From NCBI GenBank assembly GCA_023213395.1, contig CM041465.1:173607741-173671740 (forward strand): a DNA stretch of 64,000 nt, in the 5' to 3' direction. Under the pieces are notes generated by a model. That model worked only from the letters and a program-made list of their open reading frames with translations, ran no database searches and had not been told where the DNA came from. Below are positions 1 to 10,733 of this stretch, piece by piece (positions within the stretch are counted from its first letter, which is position 1; every line of letters starts with the position of its first letter). The stretch comes from Cycas panzhihuaensis. Taxonomy: Eukaryota; Plantae; Cycadophyta. Position numbers and translations under genes: made by a program.

Positions 1-2803
1 AACAAAGAGGATATCGAAGCAACCAAACTAAAAACAACTGAAATTAATGTGGGGAGTAAAGAGGAACCTAAAACAATACGAATCAGAGATTACTGGGACG
101 ACCAAACAATAGCTAAGGCCCAGCAATTGTTCGAAGAATTCCGTGACGTATTTGCATGGTCATATAAGGATCTGAAGGGTATTCCCCCTGAGGTGGGAAT
201 GCATCACATCCACTTAATGGAAGGAGCAAAGTCGGTGAAACAAAGACCATATCGCATGAATCTGAAATATAAAGAAAAAGTAAAAGCAGAGTTGGAAAAA
301 ATGTTGGAAGCAAGATATATCTATGAGATCGACTATAGTGACTGGGTGAGCCTTGTAGTAGTGGTTCTCAAAAAGAATGGGAAAATACGCGTCTGTGTGG
401 ACTACAGACAACTAAATAAGGTAACGAAGAAGGATCCCTTTCCTTTACCCTTTATAGAAGATATTTTGGAAGTCGTGGGAGGAAACGAGATATATTCCTT
501 CACCGATGGATTCAATGGGTATAACCAAGTGCAGATTGCCCTAGAAGATCAAGCGAAAACTATGTTTGTTACGGAATGGGGAACGTATGCCTACAGAGTA
601 ATGCCATTTGGTGTTACAAATGCTCCAGCCATATTTCAAAGAATAGTAATCAATATATTTTGTAGAATGATTGGAGAAAAAGTGGCAGTATTACTGGACA
701 ATTAGACATTATATGGGTTTATGAAAAACCATATGGGAAACTTGAGGGAGATGTTGCAAACATGCCGGGAGAATAAGTTGTGTTTGAACCCAGAGAAGTG
801 TACCTTTTTGGTACCATTTGGGTATCTATTAGGCCACATAGTAAGTAAGAAAGGATTGCTAACGGATCCGGCCAAGGTATCTGCAATCCTACACTTTCTG
901 GTACCGCTCACAAGGAGGCAATTGAAAGGTTTCTTGGGTCTGACCGGGTATTACAGAAAATTCATCAGGGGCTATGCATGCATATCAGGATCTCTTGAGG
1001 AATTGTTGAAAAAGAACATTGAATGGGATTGCATGGAAGAACAACAACAAGCATTTGAAGCATTAAAGAAGGCCATAACATCAACACCTATACTGCGGTT
1101 TCCCAATTGGAAGAAAATCTTCCATGTGCATATTGATGCCTTGCAATACGCTATTCGATGTGTCCTGGCACAACCAAGTGATGAAAAAGTGGATTATCCG
1201 ATATACTTTGCAAGTTGGAAACTTACAAAAGCAGAACAAAATTATACCACAACGGAAAGAGAAGCACTCAGAATGGTGTATGCATTGCAGAAACTCTGAC
1301 ACTACTTATTATCGAATCCATTCCTATTCTTTGTCGACCATCAAGCACTCATATACCTTGTGAATAAACTGATAATGAGGGGACGAATTAGCAGATGGTT
1401 AATGCTGTTTCAAGAATTCTCCTTCAAAATCATTGTGAAACTAGGAAAAGCCCATATCATACCCGACCAATTATCAAGAATTCCAAATGGGGAAAAGGCC
1501 ACAAGAGTGCCAGATGATTTTCCAGACGCTGCATTATTTAGTGTAGAGGCAGTTCCAACAGACTAGTATGAGGGAATACCAGAATACTTAGTAACTGGGG
1601 AGGTACCACCAAAATTGGACCGCACGGAACGACAGAATTTTGTGAGAAAAGCAGAGCCATACCAATTGATAAAAGGGGAGTTATACAAATTAGGACCAGA
1701 TGAGGTGTTACGACGGTACATTAGGCCACATGAGGTCAACCAAATTATGGCCAAAGCGCATGAAGGCATAGCAAGTGGACAAATGGGGAAGTTAGCAACA
1801 TGGAGGAAGATTTTGATGTCAGGGTTCTAGTGGCCATCGATGTTTGAGGACGTAAGAAGATGGATCCAAGCATGCGACTATTGTCAAAGAGTTGGGAAAC
1901 CTAATCGGCAGGATTTCCAACCCCTACACCCAATCTTACTTCTGTCACTGTTCGAAAAGTGGGGGCTCGATTTCGTCGGACCAATCAAACCAGCCACCTG
2001 ACGATCCCAAGCCCGATATATCCTAGCAGCGACCGATTACATGACCAAGTGGCTGGAAGCAAGAACCCTAAGGAAAGCGGATTCGGAAAGTACGGCCCGA
2101 TTCCTTTATGAAGTGATTATTACGCGATTTGGATGCCCTTTAGAGATTGTAAGTGATCAAGGGGCCCATTTCCTCAACCAAACCATAGAGGTGTTAACAT
2201 CAACTTTTATGATAAGCCATAGGAAGTCACACCATACTACCCAAGGGCGAATGGGCAAGCAGAAAGTTCAAATAAAATTATCGAGAACTGTCTACGGAAG
2301 ATCTGCGACGTGGGTAGATCCGATCACCGAGAAACTTCCATCGTGTTATGGGCTTTGAACAACGTATAAAAGATCAACAGACGGACACCATTTCAAATTT
2401 GGTTTACTAAGCGGAAGCCATCCTTCCTACCGAATTCGAGATACCGAGCCTGAGAACTGCTATGCAATGTCGACTGGACGACTTCCAATCCTTATGACGA
2501 AGATTGGAAGAATTGGTGAGACTGGAAGAAAAGAGGTATATGGCGAAATGGTTCATAGCGAAAAGACGACAAAAGGCGTGGCACGATTGACATCTACGCA
2601 AACCACAATTCAAAGAAGGTGATCAAGTTCTACTCTACGACAACAAGTTCAAGATGCACCCCGGAAAGCTCAAGATGAGATGGTTAGGACCTTATATTGC
2701 TGAACAAATTTTTGAAAATGGGTCCGTACAACTACAGGAAATCGATGGACCATTGCTACCAATCCGAGTGAATGGTAGCTGATTGAAACCATGCATCGAA
2801 TAA
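1..2803 (+). pseudogene. Gypsy pol (RT, RNase H, integrase with GPY/F tail), with stops and frameshifts
   Basis: Motifs RVCVDYRQLN, DGFNGYNQ, MPFG, FLGLTGYYRKF, NYTTTERE, WGLDFVGP, IVSDQGAHF and RWLGPY. Confidence 0.93.
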
Positions 2804-3051
2804 GAGGAAGTACCAGCCGGATTAGTTGGTTGTACTATAGCATGTTGCATGAAGTTGAGGCAAATCGAATTGCCTTGATACCGGAACGTGATTCAGTTCG
2901 GTATGTAACATAAAATACAAAAAAATTAAAAAATAAAAAAACAACCGTAACTCATATCATATGTATAAGCAATAAGAAAATAAGGATATATACTGCAACA
3001 AGAAAAGCCAAGAATGAAGAATCTTGCTAAGAAATCAAATTTTTTTACAAA

Positions 3052-3283
3052 ACTATACTATACGTACCGAAAAAAGTACGTTACCAGGTACGCACTGTGT
3101 AAAATAAGTCAAATATACTATATGTACCAAAAAAGTACGTTACCAAGTATGCATTGTGTAAAATAAGCCAAAAAACACTATATGTACCAAAAAAGTACGC
3201 TACGAGGTATGCACAGTTTAAAAAGTGAATAAGTTAATCAAATTACACTATATGTACCTGAAAAATACGCGATCAAGTACGCA
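3052..3283 (+). repeat. Four ~60-bp tandem repeats between pol and the extra ORF
   Basis: Unit ACTATA(C/T)GTACC..AAAAGTACG.TACCA.GTA(C/T)GCA recurs near 3057, 3117, 3177 and 3247. Confidence 0.9.
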
Positions 3284-3570
3284 TAAAACAAAAAGGGTCA
3301 AATAAGACAAACATATATAATACATACCTGCAAGCATTCCCACACGGTAGACAACAGAAAAAGGAGGACCATTTGACTCAAATTCTCAGCAACAAACAAC
3401 CAAGAGGAACCCTTGCAATCCAAGGAGGTAGAAGTACAAAATTCAGCGCAAGTTTGGATGAATGCTTCAAGAAAACAGTGACCATTCCGAAAAAGGTACG
3501 TACGTAGGATTCATACTAGTACTCCTTGGTTATTTTCAGTTCTATTTCTGGAATTCCATAGCCCGTTGTC

Positions 3571-4720
3571 ATGAGAACAACAGGTTGCCAAGAGACCTTC
3601 CTACCCAAGCAGAGGAAAGACCTGGAGGCATTACCTTCCCAATTTCAGACTAAAGTCAAGCAGGTTGGTTGGGGACAGTATATATACTGTAACCCCATCT
3701 ATTGTGACCAAGAGATTATAGAGAACATCTTGTCGGAGTTGAAAAAGGATATGAAGAAAATCAAACTAGATGCAGAAATAATTCATCTGATAATGGGACT
3801 TCCAAATGAAGGAGAAGTTCCCACAGCCACTAAAAGGTCAGAAGTGGACCGTGAGATTTGATTGAGAGAATTTTGCCAAGACAACACTCATCTTACCTTA
3901 GGAGAAATTCGGGTGGTGGATATAAAGGATGCCAGGTTGCAATGGATAGCCAAAGTTATCAATTCTAGATTTTTATCAAAAAGGAAATACACATACATTC
4001 CAGGACGAATGATGCCGGTATTACCAAAGATCCGGGATGGAAAAAAGTTGGATTGGTCAAAATTTTTAGCAGTTAACATGAGGCAGCAAATTCAAGAAAT
4101 AATGACACACCCTTTTTGTCACCCTTCCTTGCTGTTAGCCATCCTATTTTATCAATGTCCAAGTGTGCAACTAACAAAAAACAACTATTTCTCCAAGAGA
4201 GTCACTTATAAAACAATGGGTGACTGAGTTTCCAGACACTACTCAGGATCAGGAATTGAGAAAAAGGATTCAAAAGCAAATGACCAAAGTCCTCAAATGG
4301 CTACAACAAACCCCCGGGACACCCATTCCTCATTGTGCCAAACAAACAATACGGAAAAGCAGTAAAAGGAAGAAAGATGAAGAAGAACCCGAAGAGGAGG
4401 AAGAAGTGGAGCCCTCATTGGAAGAATGGCCATAATTCCCTCCCGTAATGGAAACGGGAGAAAGATCAGTACCCCCTCCATCAGATGATAAATCATGCCA
4501 AATTATCCAATTGATTAAAGAAATGGAAAAAGGGTACAAAGTAGAGATAACTGCCCTTCAAGAAAAAATCAAAGAAAAGGATGCAATAATCGTCACACTT
4601 ACCTAAATAAACGAAGAAATTTTGGCCACAAAAGACTCGTCGGCAGGAAAGAGGCAGCAGAAGCAGCCCTAAGACAGAGAGGGGGAAGAATACCCCAAAA
4701 TTTTGAAATTTTTGTTGAGC
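3571..4720 (+). pseudogene. Extra ORF 3' of pol (plant-mobile-domain / putative plant transposon protein-like), disrupted
   Basis: Consecutive ORFs 3571-3861, 3862-4227 and 4220-4435 contain IMGLPNEG, WIAKVINSRF and DWSKFL. A homologous ORF starts at 63614. Confidence 0.7.
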
Positions 4721-4757
4721 AAGGATGCTCAAACCCATCATGTTGACTCGGGATAGA

Positions 4758-5587
4758 TGTTGGGACATAGTTTGACACGCTGGGCTATGAGGAGACCAGA
4801 GATAGGCTATGTAACCTTGGATGTGCAGTGCATGCATTTTGAGGTACGCATGAGGCAGAAAAGTGGAAAAAACAACATCCTGGGTACGTATGACAGGTGC
4901 GTACTTGAAAAGGTACGCAACACAGTATACGTACCTCCTGCAATACGCAAGCAAACAGAAAAGGTACGCATGGCAGAATCGGACAGATGGATACCTGGGA
5001 TGACGTCAGACGTACGGATGGTTAGAGACAACAATTAAGAAGGTTAACTAATGGTTAACAAAGAGGTACGCTTATGACTGAAAGAGTACGGTTATGATAG
5101 GGAGTCATAACCCTTCAGCCAAAGGACACCAAGAAGGTGCATTTAAGAGACTTCACAAGGATCATTTTGTTAGGGTGAGAGCCAAGTATTCAGACACTCA
5201 ATGGTACGGAAGCCAGTACGTATGACAACAGCACAAAGCAATGTATAATGATGTGTACCTTCCAGGTATGCATGTGATAGCAGCAGTGTATGTGGCTGGA
5301 ATGCATAGGGAATGCATTCCAACACCTTTTATACAAAGGCTTATTGCTTAATAAAAGAAGAGTTACGTGGAAATGTGGATTCTATGTGTTTTACGAAGAT
5401 TGGATGCTGAATATGTGCTGATTATTGTATTGTTGTGTGTAAACTGTGACATGATTGTGTGGAATTGTGAATAAATCTGTGTGATCTATGTGGATGAATA
5501 TGTTGACTGTATCCTAGACTAGACTACCTGTGTTACCTTGACAAGTGTACCTATCTCACGAGTGTAGTGAGATACTCAAAGTCAATA
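4758..5587 (+). repeat. 3' LTR of element 1 (~830 bp)
   Basis: Begins TGTTGGGACATA and ends AAGTCAATA (CA mutated to TA), matching both termini of the element-2 LTR. Confidence 0.85.
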
Positions 5588-5697
5588 GGGGGGCCTTGGA
5601 AAATAGTGTAGTACACATGCAAATTGTTTTTTTGTAAGTAGTTGGTCTTTTGCAAGTATGTTTTTAGTGTTGTGTTGACATTAAACATTATAGGGGG

Positions 5698-6000
5698 TGT
5701 TAGAAATAATGTTTAATGTAAGTGTTGTGCATAGGTTTAGTAGTCTAATGTTTAATAAGTCTAATGTTAAATGTTAGTATTACAGGTATATGTGTCAAGT
5801 ATTGAGTAGTACTTAATTATGTCATCAAAGAATGTGCCAAGCCGTTATCTTAACAGTCTTGTCATGTAGTTGGTTGCATATTTGGTGGACATACATTATA
5901 TATGCACTCTCATCTATTGATACATCTATGAAGATCTTTCTTATGTGTTTACTTTGATATCCAATATGGCATATGTAATATTGTACCTACGCTTTCAACA
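5698..6000 (+). repeat. 3' LTR of a probable Copia element whose body lies left of the window
   Basis: AGGGGG PPT followed by TGTTAGAAATAATGT...TTTCAACA. It has the same first 15 nt as the LTR at 56763. Confidence 0.6.
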
Positions 6001-6090
6001 TAATCGATCCCACATTTCCATTATTATTAAATACTCATAACCTTAACCTACTTGACCCTTAGCCTCCTTAACCTATTAACCCTTTTAACA

Positions 6091-9000
6091 TGTGGTGAAA
6101 GTTCACCACAGAAGTGATCCTAGGACCTATGTGATGTTGATGATACTTGGCCAAAATCCTATTTTGAGGTTGCACATTTTGCCCTCAAATGATATTGTTT
6201 GAGGGATATGAGGTGTTGAGAATATTGAGGGGGTTTTGTAGGAACATAATAATGTGAATTTGGGAGGTCAGGAAAAAATTAATCATAAGGGCCATATAAC
6301 AGTGATTGCATAATGCAAGAAGGAATGGGATAAGTGGGGGTCCATGAGATGTTTAGCAATAAATTTGTATGTGTGGAAAACTTGGACAAAAGAACTATAT
6401 AGTGAGTAGTACATGAGGTTTGGGAGTTGATTTGATAAGGTGTTATGATAGGTAAGGTTTTGATGGGACAACTATAATTCTTAGGAAAACAAGACAAATG
6501 TGAGATTTGTGATAGACACTCTTTATGGGAAAGAGAGTTTAATAGGGGTTCAGAGACGAAGGAAGGACTCAATGAAGGAATTGATGGAAAGAAAGAGTGA
6601 TGGTTATATAGAAGAGTGGGATGTGCGGATAGACAAAACAAGGTTTTATAAGAGGAAAGAGGAATTTTTGAACTAGGAGGTGAAACATGATAAAGGAATA
6701 GTGGAGCATTTAGAATATCCTGTTCAGAAAATTCCCTAGGGGATGGAGAAGTGTGCGAGTTGTGAAAAGAGCTACAGCTGTGGAGATGGACTAGGATTTA
6801 TCCTACAAAGAACTTGGAATTTGGGGGCTTAGGGGTTGGTATAGTTATGGGATACTAGGTAGTGGTTTTGCTTACAACTATTGAGCATGGGAATGAAAAA
6901 GGAAAGATGAAACCATGAAAGAAAATGGACATGTATAAGATAGGATTAGGAGACCAAGCCAATACCTTATTCGCATTAGATTCTTTTTCACGATGCTTGG
7001 TCTTCACTTCCATCTGCTCGATGTCTTCAGTCTTGTTGTGTTGTTGCGCCTAAATTGATTCTCCTTGATGCCCCTCAATCTCTCTATCAACGGTCTATGG
7101 TTCTTCTTCTTCTGTTAGTTCCTCTACCTGCTCTTCTTCTTCTTCCATTAGTTCCTCTACCTACTCTGATTCTTTGGCTTCTTCAGTTTGCTTGTGCGCT
7201 TGTTGATGTTGATGTGTTTCCTCTTCTTTGTCTTCCTTGTGATACATTTCTTCTTAGCACTCATCTTCTCCACCCTCTTAAGCTAGGTCACTTTGAATTC
7301 CTTTGTCATGCTCCCATTGATCAACTATTGCACAAAATGAAATTTGAAACCAAAACTAATTGTTGAGTATTTTTGGTTTGCTAGACCAATTAATGAACCA
7401 ATCAAGAGCTTTTCCTTCTAAGAGAAGTTCCATATCTGGTCCATACTCTTCAATCTTTGTACCCCTCGTGTAGCCACTCAGTATTCTGACCATTTGTAGC
7501 CATTCCCGCACATCTATGTTTTCATCCGGATTGAAAACATAGATTCTGATCATTTCTAGCCATTCTCTTAGATCGGTGCCTTTATCAAGATCAAAAAATT
7601 CTAGCAACATTTGTTCCTTTTCTTGTCAACAAAATTGCAGTTTTATGAGTTAAAATCTACCTCAAAATTGATTGGATTAGTACCTTGCACCCATTCAAAA
7701 TGGTGGTCTCTAAACCAGGATTCCAACGATTCAAATGAAACTGGAATCCAATACTTGCTGCAAACGTTATGGGGGAAAACATACAGTTATCCCCTTTAAA
7801 AAACAAAACTTAAAAAAAAAAAAAAAACTTAAGCCCTTCGTTATCTCAGGTTGCTAAGTGACCATCCATTGATGGCTTGGGGTTAATAGATTCCAATGAC
7901 TTCTCTAATATACTTGTATCTAATCAAACTTTGCAAATCTTCGTCGCTGTTTGAAAATGGCCCAATCTGTGAATCTAGTTGATTTGGCACAACTCTGTGT
8001 GTGTGCTGCTAGGGCAGAAGCCTGCTTGCTTATCACTTCTTCATCTCTTGTTGCTCGAAGATCCTCCCTGGGGCTCTGTTTATTCCATTCATGCTCTCTA
8101 GTCCCGCTCTACTATAACTCGTAATCTTGATTCTCTGTGGATTTGCTTCTTGTTGGGACTGTGTGCTCCTCTCCGTTGCGGCTCACAATATCGATCCTCC
8201 TTGGGAGTGTGTACTTTCGTCTTTGTGGTCTTGCCTAAACCTGGACAGTCTTCACTTCCGTCTCTGTAGGTCTCGCCCAATTCCACAAAAATAATGGCGC
8301 TAAAAGGACGGACCTCCTATGGTACTCTTCAATGATAATGCGAGTATAAGCTCGTGGGTATAACCTCAATGACCTTGTGCCACAATGATTTTGATCTGTG
8401 CTCGGAATCCTTCGTTGGCATGCTCTTTCATTTGTGTTATTCAGTTCCTGCACTTCCTGAAAGATTATGACGTTGTTGTCCTACTGCGCACCCAGGGTTT
8501 CTGATATTTACTCTACTCCTGCTAGGGTTTCTCGCCAATTCCATCCTTTCAATCTTGCAAATTCACAGTTCTGTCGGTGAAGTTTCTAGTGACTTCGCTA
8601 AACAGTTCCCTACGATTTTCCTTCTGGAGAAGAATCCCTCAGTTTTTAACAGTGACAAACAAATCACCCAATACAACATGACTCACATACCTTCAACGAA
8701 TGTGTCTGCAACAAATTTTTTTTGCCTGTGGTGTATTGCTCCTAAAAATGCCTCAATAACCCTTGGAGAATGAATTCCTTCTTCTAAGAGCCTAAAGAAC
8801 TGCATGGAAGCAAAAAGGAAGCCCGATTGAGATCAGAGCTAGTTGCAACACAGATGAGCACACAGGAATACGATAGCAGGGATTCACAACATAGGTAATA
8901 GGGAATAATAGTATTCTTCTATTATCTCCAAACAATTAACCATGTACAATAGGAGAGCTTGTCTCTATTTAAGATGAAGGCATTGAAATAAATTGAAATC

Positions 9001-9190
9001 AGAAAACTACTTTGGTAACCAACTTAATTATGACCTAGCTATTAACTTATTTTTTACTAACTCAGCTTACTTGACTTCGGTGACTTTTGTACCCTTCGTG
9101 AACTCAATGTCAAAAAAATACAGTAAGTTACATTATATTACGCTAGAACATAGGGTTGAGTGATACTATTACTCATCAGCAGTTTTAACA
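6091..9190 (-). mobile_element. Non-autonomous gag-only LTR element remnant ('F'), related to 32603-49735
   Basis: 6110-7000 is the reverse complement homologue of 48250-49080. Gag-like LLLEGKALDWF at 7356-7610. Probable LTR at ~8790-9190. Boundaries are approximate. Confidence 0.6.
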
Positions 9191-9878
9191 CTAATGCAAG
9201 ATGGCCAACAATCTAGACCACCTTTCCAATATAGGCTACTGCTCAAAAAAGATTATAATTTGGTTTAAACCAGACCAAATGTTTTGGAGGATTATGGTCA
9301 TGTGCTATGTACCCTGATTTAGGCTTAGAATCTTGATAGGGAAATCACATGAATCATGGGAATGATTTACACCTGCAGAATGAACTAAAATTGAAGGCCT
9401 ACTCTTCAAAATTGCATTGCAATATTCATCCACATTTAGTTCATTTTGTAAAAGAGTAACCACGGTTTACCACCCCAGATTCTTGTTTAACTTGCCCCAT
9501 TTACCATGGACACCATCAGATGTCCCCTTATCATGTGTATCTACTTCTACCTCTTCAATCTGCAAAGAATATTTCATTTTTGCACTGAATTCTCTGCTGG
9601 CTTTCAATCATTTAAATTTAGCAAACTTGATTCAACAGACTCTAAAGGAGTAAGCTCACCCGACTGATACTAGACTTGTGGCTAAAGCAAACTTCTGTGG
9701 TGCAACATGCTGAAGGGCCAAGGCTAAATAATTTTGTTAAATAAACTCTCTGAAAGCAGAACTCATTTTAACATAAAGACTCTGCTTGATTTATTGAAAC
9801 TCTCCCCATTGGTGAAAAATGGTCCTAACATTAGAAAAATGAAGATTCTAGTTCAATTACACTGCTGTTGATACTAAC

Positions 9879-9950
9879 ATCATAAGTAATTATCTCCACA
9901 ACTTCAGCATTTGCAAGCATGTGCATTGGAGAGACAAGATTTCCATTCAC
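9879..9950 (-). CDS. RSH1: RSH1 exon, end of TGS domain: VNGNLVSPMHMLANAEVVEIITYD
   Basis: AG/GT boundaries, 72 bp. Contains the VNG...VEIIT TGS motif. Confidence 0.95.
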
Positions 9951-10118
9951 CTACAAGAAAAAGGGGAAGAAGAAAAACAAAGTTAAGAATAGAGTTCTTT
10001 GCATCATATGATCAAACCGACTAATGAGCACCCAATTATACAAAGCCAATAAACATCCATCCTAATGAAAAGATGTAGCATATTGAAATAAAATACTTCA
10101 TTTTTGCTCAAGACCTAC

Positions 10119-10205
10119 TTTTGCAGCGACCATTTTGTTCCCAATATCTGTATGTATTTGATAGGCATAATCAATGACAGTTGCACCCTTCGGAAGATTT
10201 TTGAT
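10119..10205 (-). CDS. RSH1: RSH1 exon, TGS domain: IKNLPKGATVIDYAYQIHTDIGNKMVAAK
   Basis: AG/GT boundaries, 87 bp. Contains the TGS motif LPxGATxIDxAYxIHT. Confidence 0.95.
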
Positions 10206-10308
10206 CTGCATCATAAGCAACAGTTTAGGAGTCCACAGTTAGTGGGGGCTTCTAAATTTATACATTGGAAACTAAGTTCCTCACCTAAGAACTTGTCCAA
10301 TTACATAC

Positions 10309-10440
10309 CTCCCCTTTTGGCGTGAATACAAAAACACGACTGCCTAGCAAATCACCTGTGACTGTATCAACAAATTCCCGAGAACTCATATTGCCAACAA
10401 ACTCCTCTTGCCATTCTCTAATGGCATTAAGCCAGCTAAC
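10309..10440 (-). CDS. RSH1: RSH1 exon: VSWLNAIREWQEEFVGNMSSREFVDTVTGDLLGSRVFVFTPKGE (start of TGS domain)
   Basis: AG/GT boundaries, 132 bp. Nearly identical to angiosperm RSH1 as recalled. Confidence 0.95.
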
Positions 10441-10574
10441 CTGCAACGTACTCCAATATTAAAACAATATTGATCTCCAATATTGATTATTGTTAAACTA
10501 AATCATGATAACAAAATTTCTCCTAAGGTAAATCCTGCACTACCAGCATGCAGTTGGTACAATTGATTGAATAC

Positions 10575-10733
10575 CCTGCGAGCAATATCTGCATTGTTCA
10601 AACAGATATTTTTGCCTTTTGAACTTCTCCCATTTGATTTTGCACTTCCATTTGAACTCCGAGTGATCCCTTTTCCACTGTAATGAACAGCAATGCCCCT
10701 CTCTGCTATCAAATCCATCTCCTCTGTCCTTAT
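10575..10733 (-). CDS. RSH1: RSH1 exon: IRTEEMDLIAERGIAVHYSGKG...CLNNADIARR
   Basis: AG/GT boundaries, 159 bp. Contains the IRTxxMxxxAExGxAxH motif. Confidence 0.95.

Larger units (their letters stand above)
1..5587 (+). mobile_element. Ty3/Gypsy non-chromovirus LTR retrotransposon (Athila/Tat-like RT), 3' half; 'element 1'
   Basis: RT-RNaseH-integrase order, followed by an extra ORF and a 3' LTR whose termini are homologous to the TSD-defined LTRs at 39198-40059 and 43863-44721. Confidence 0.92.

Noticed and set aside
3052-3283. CRISPR-like repeat array
   Set aside because: Units are degenerate tandem repeats without unique spacers, inside a plant retrotransposon, and no cas genes are present.
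9148-9190. Hammerhead ribozyme (retrozyme): CTGATGA plus a hairpin on the minus strand at an LTR end
   Set aside because: The stem is followed by TCAA rather than the required GAAA, and stems I and III were not found.
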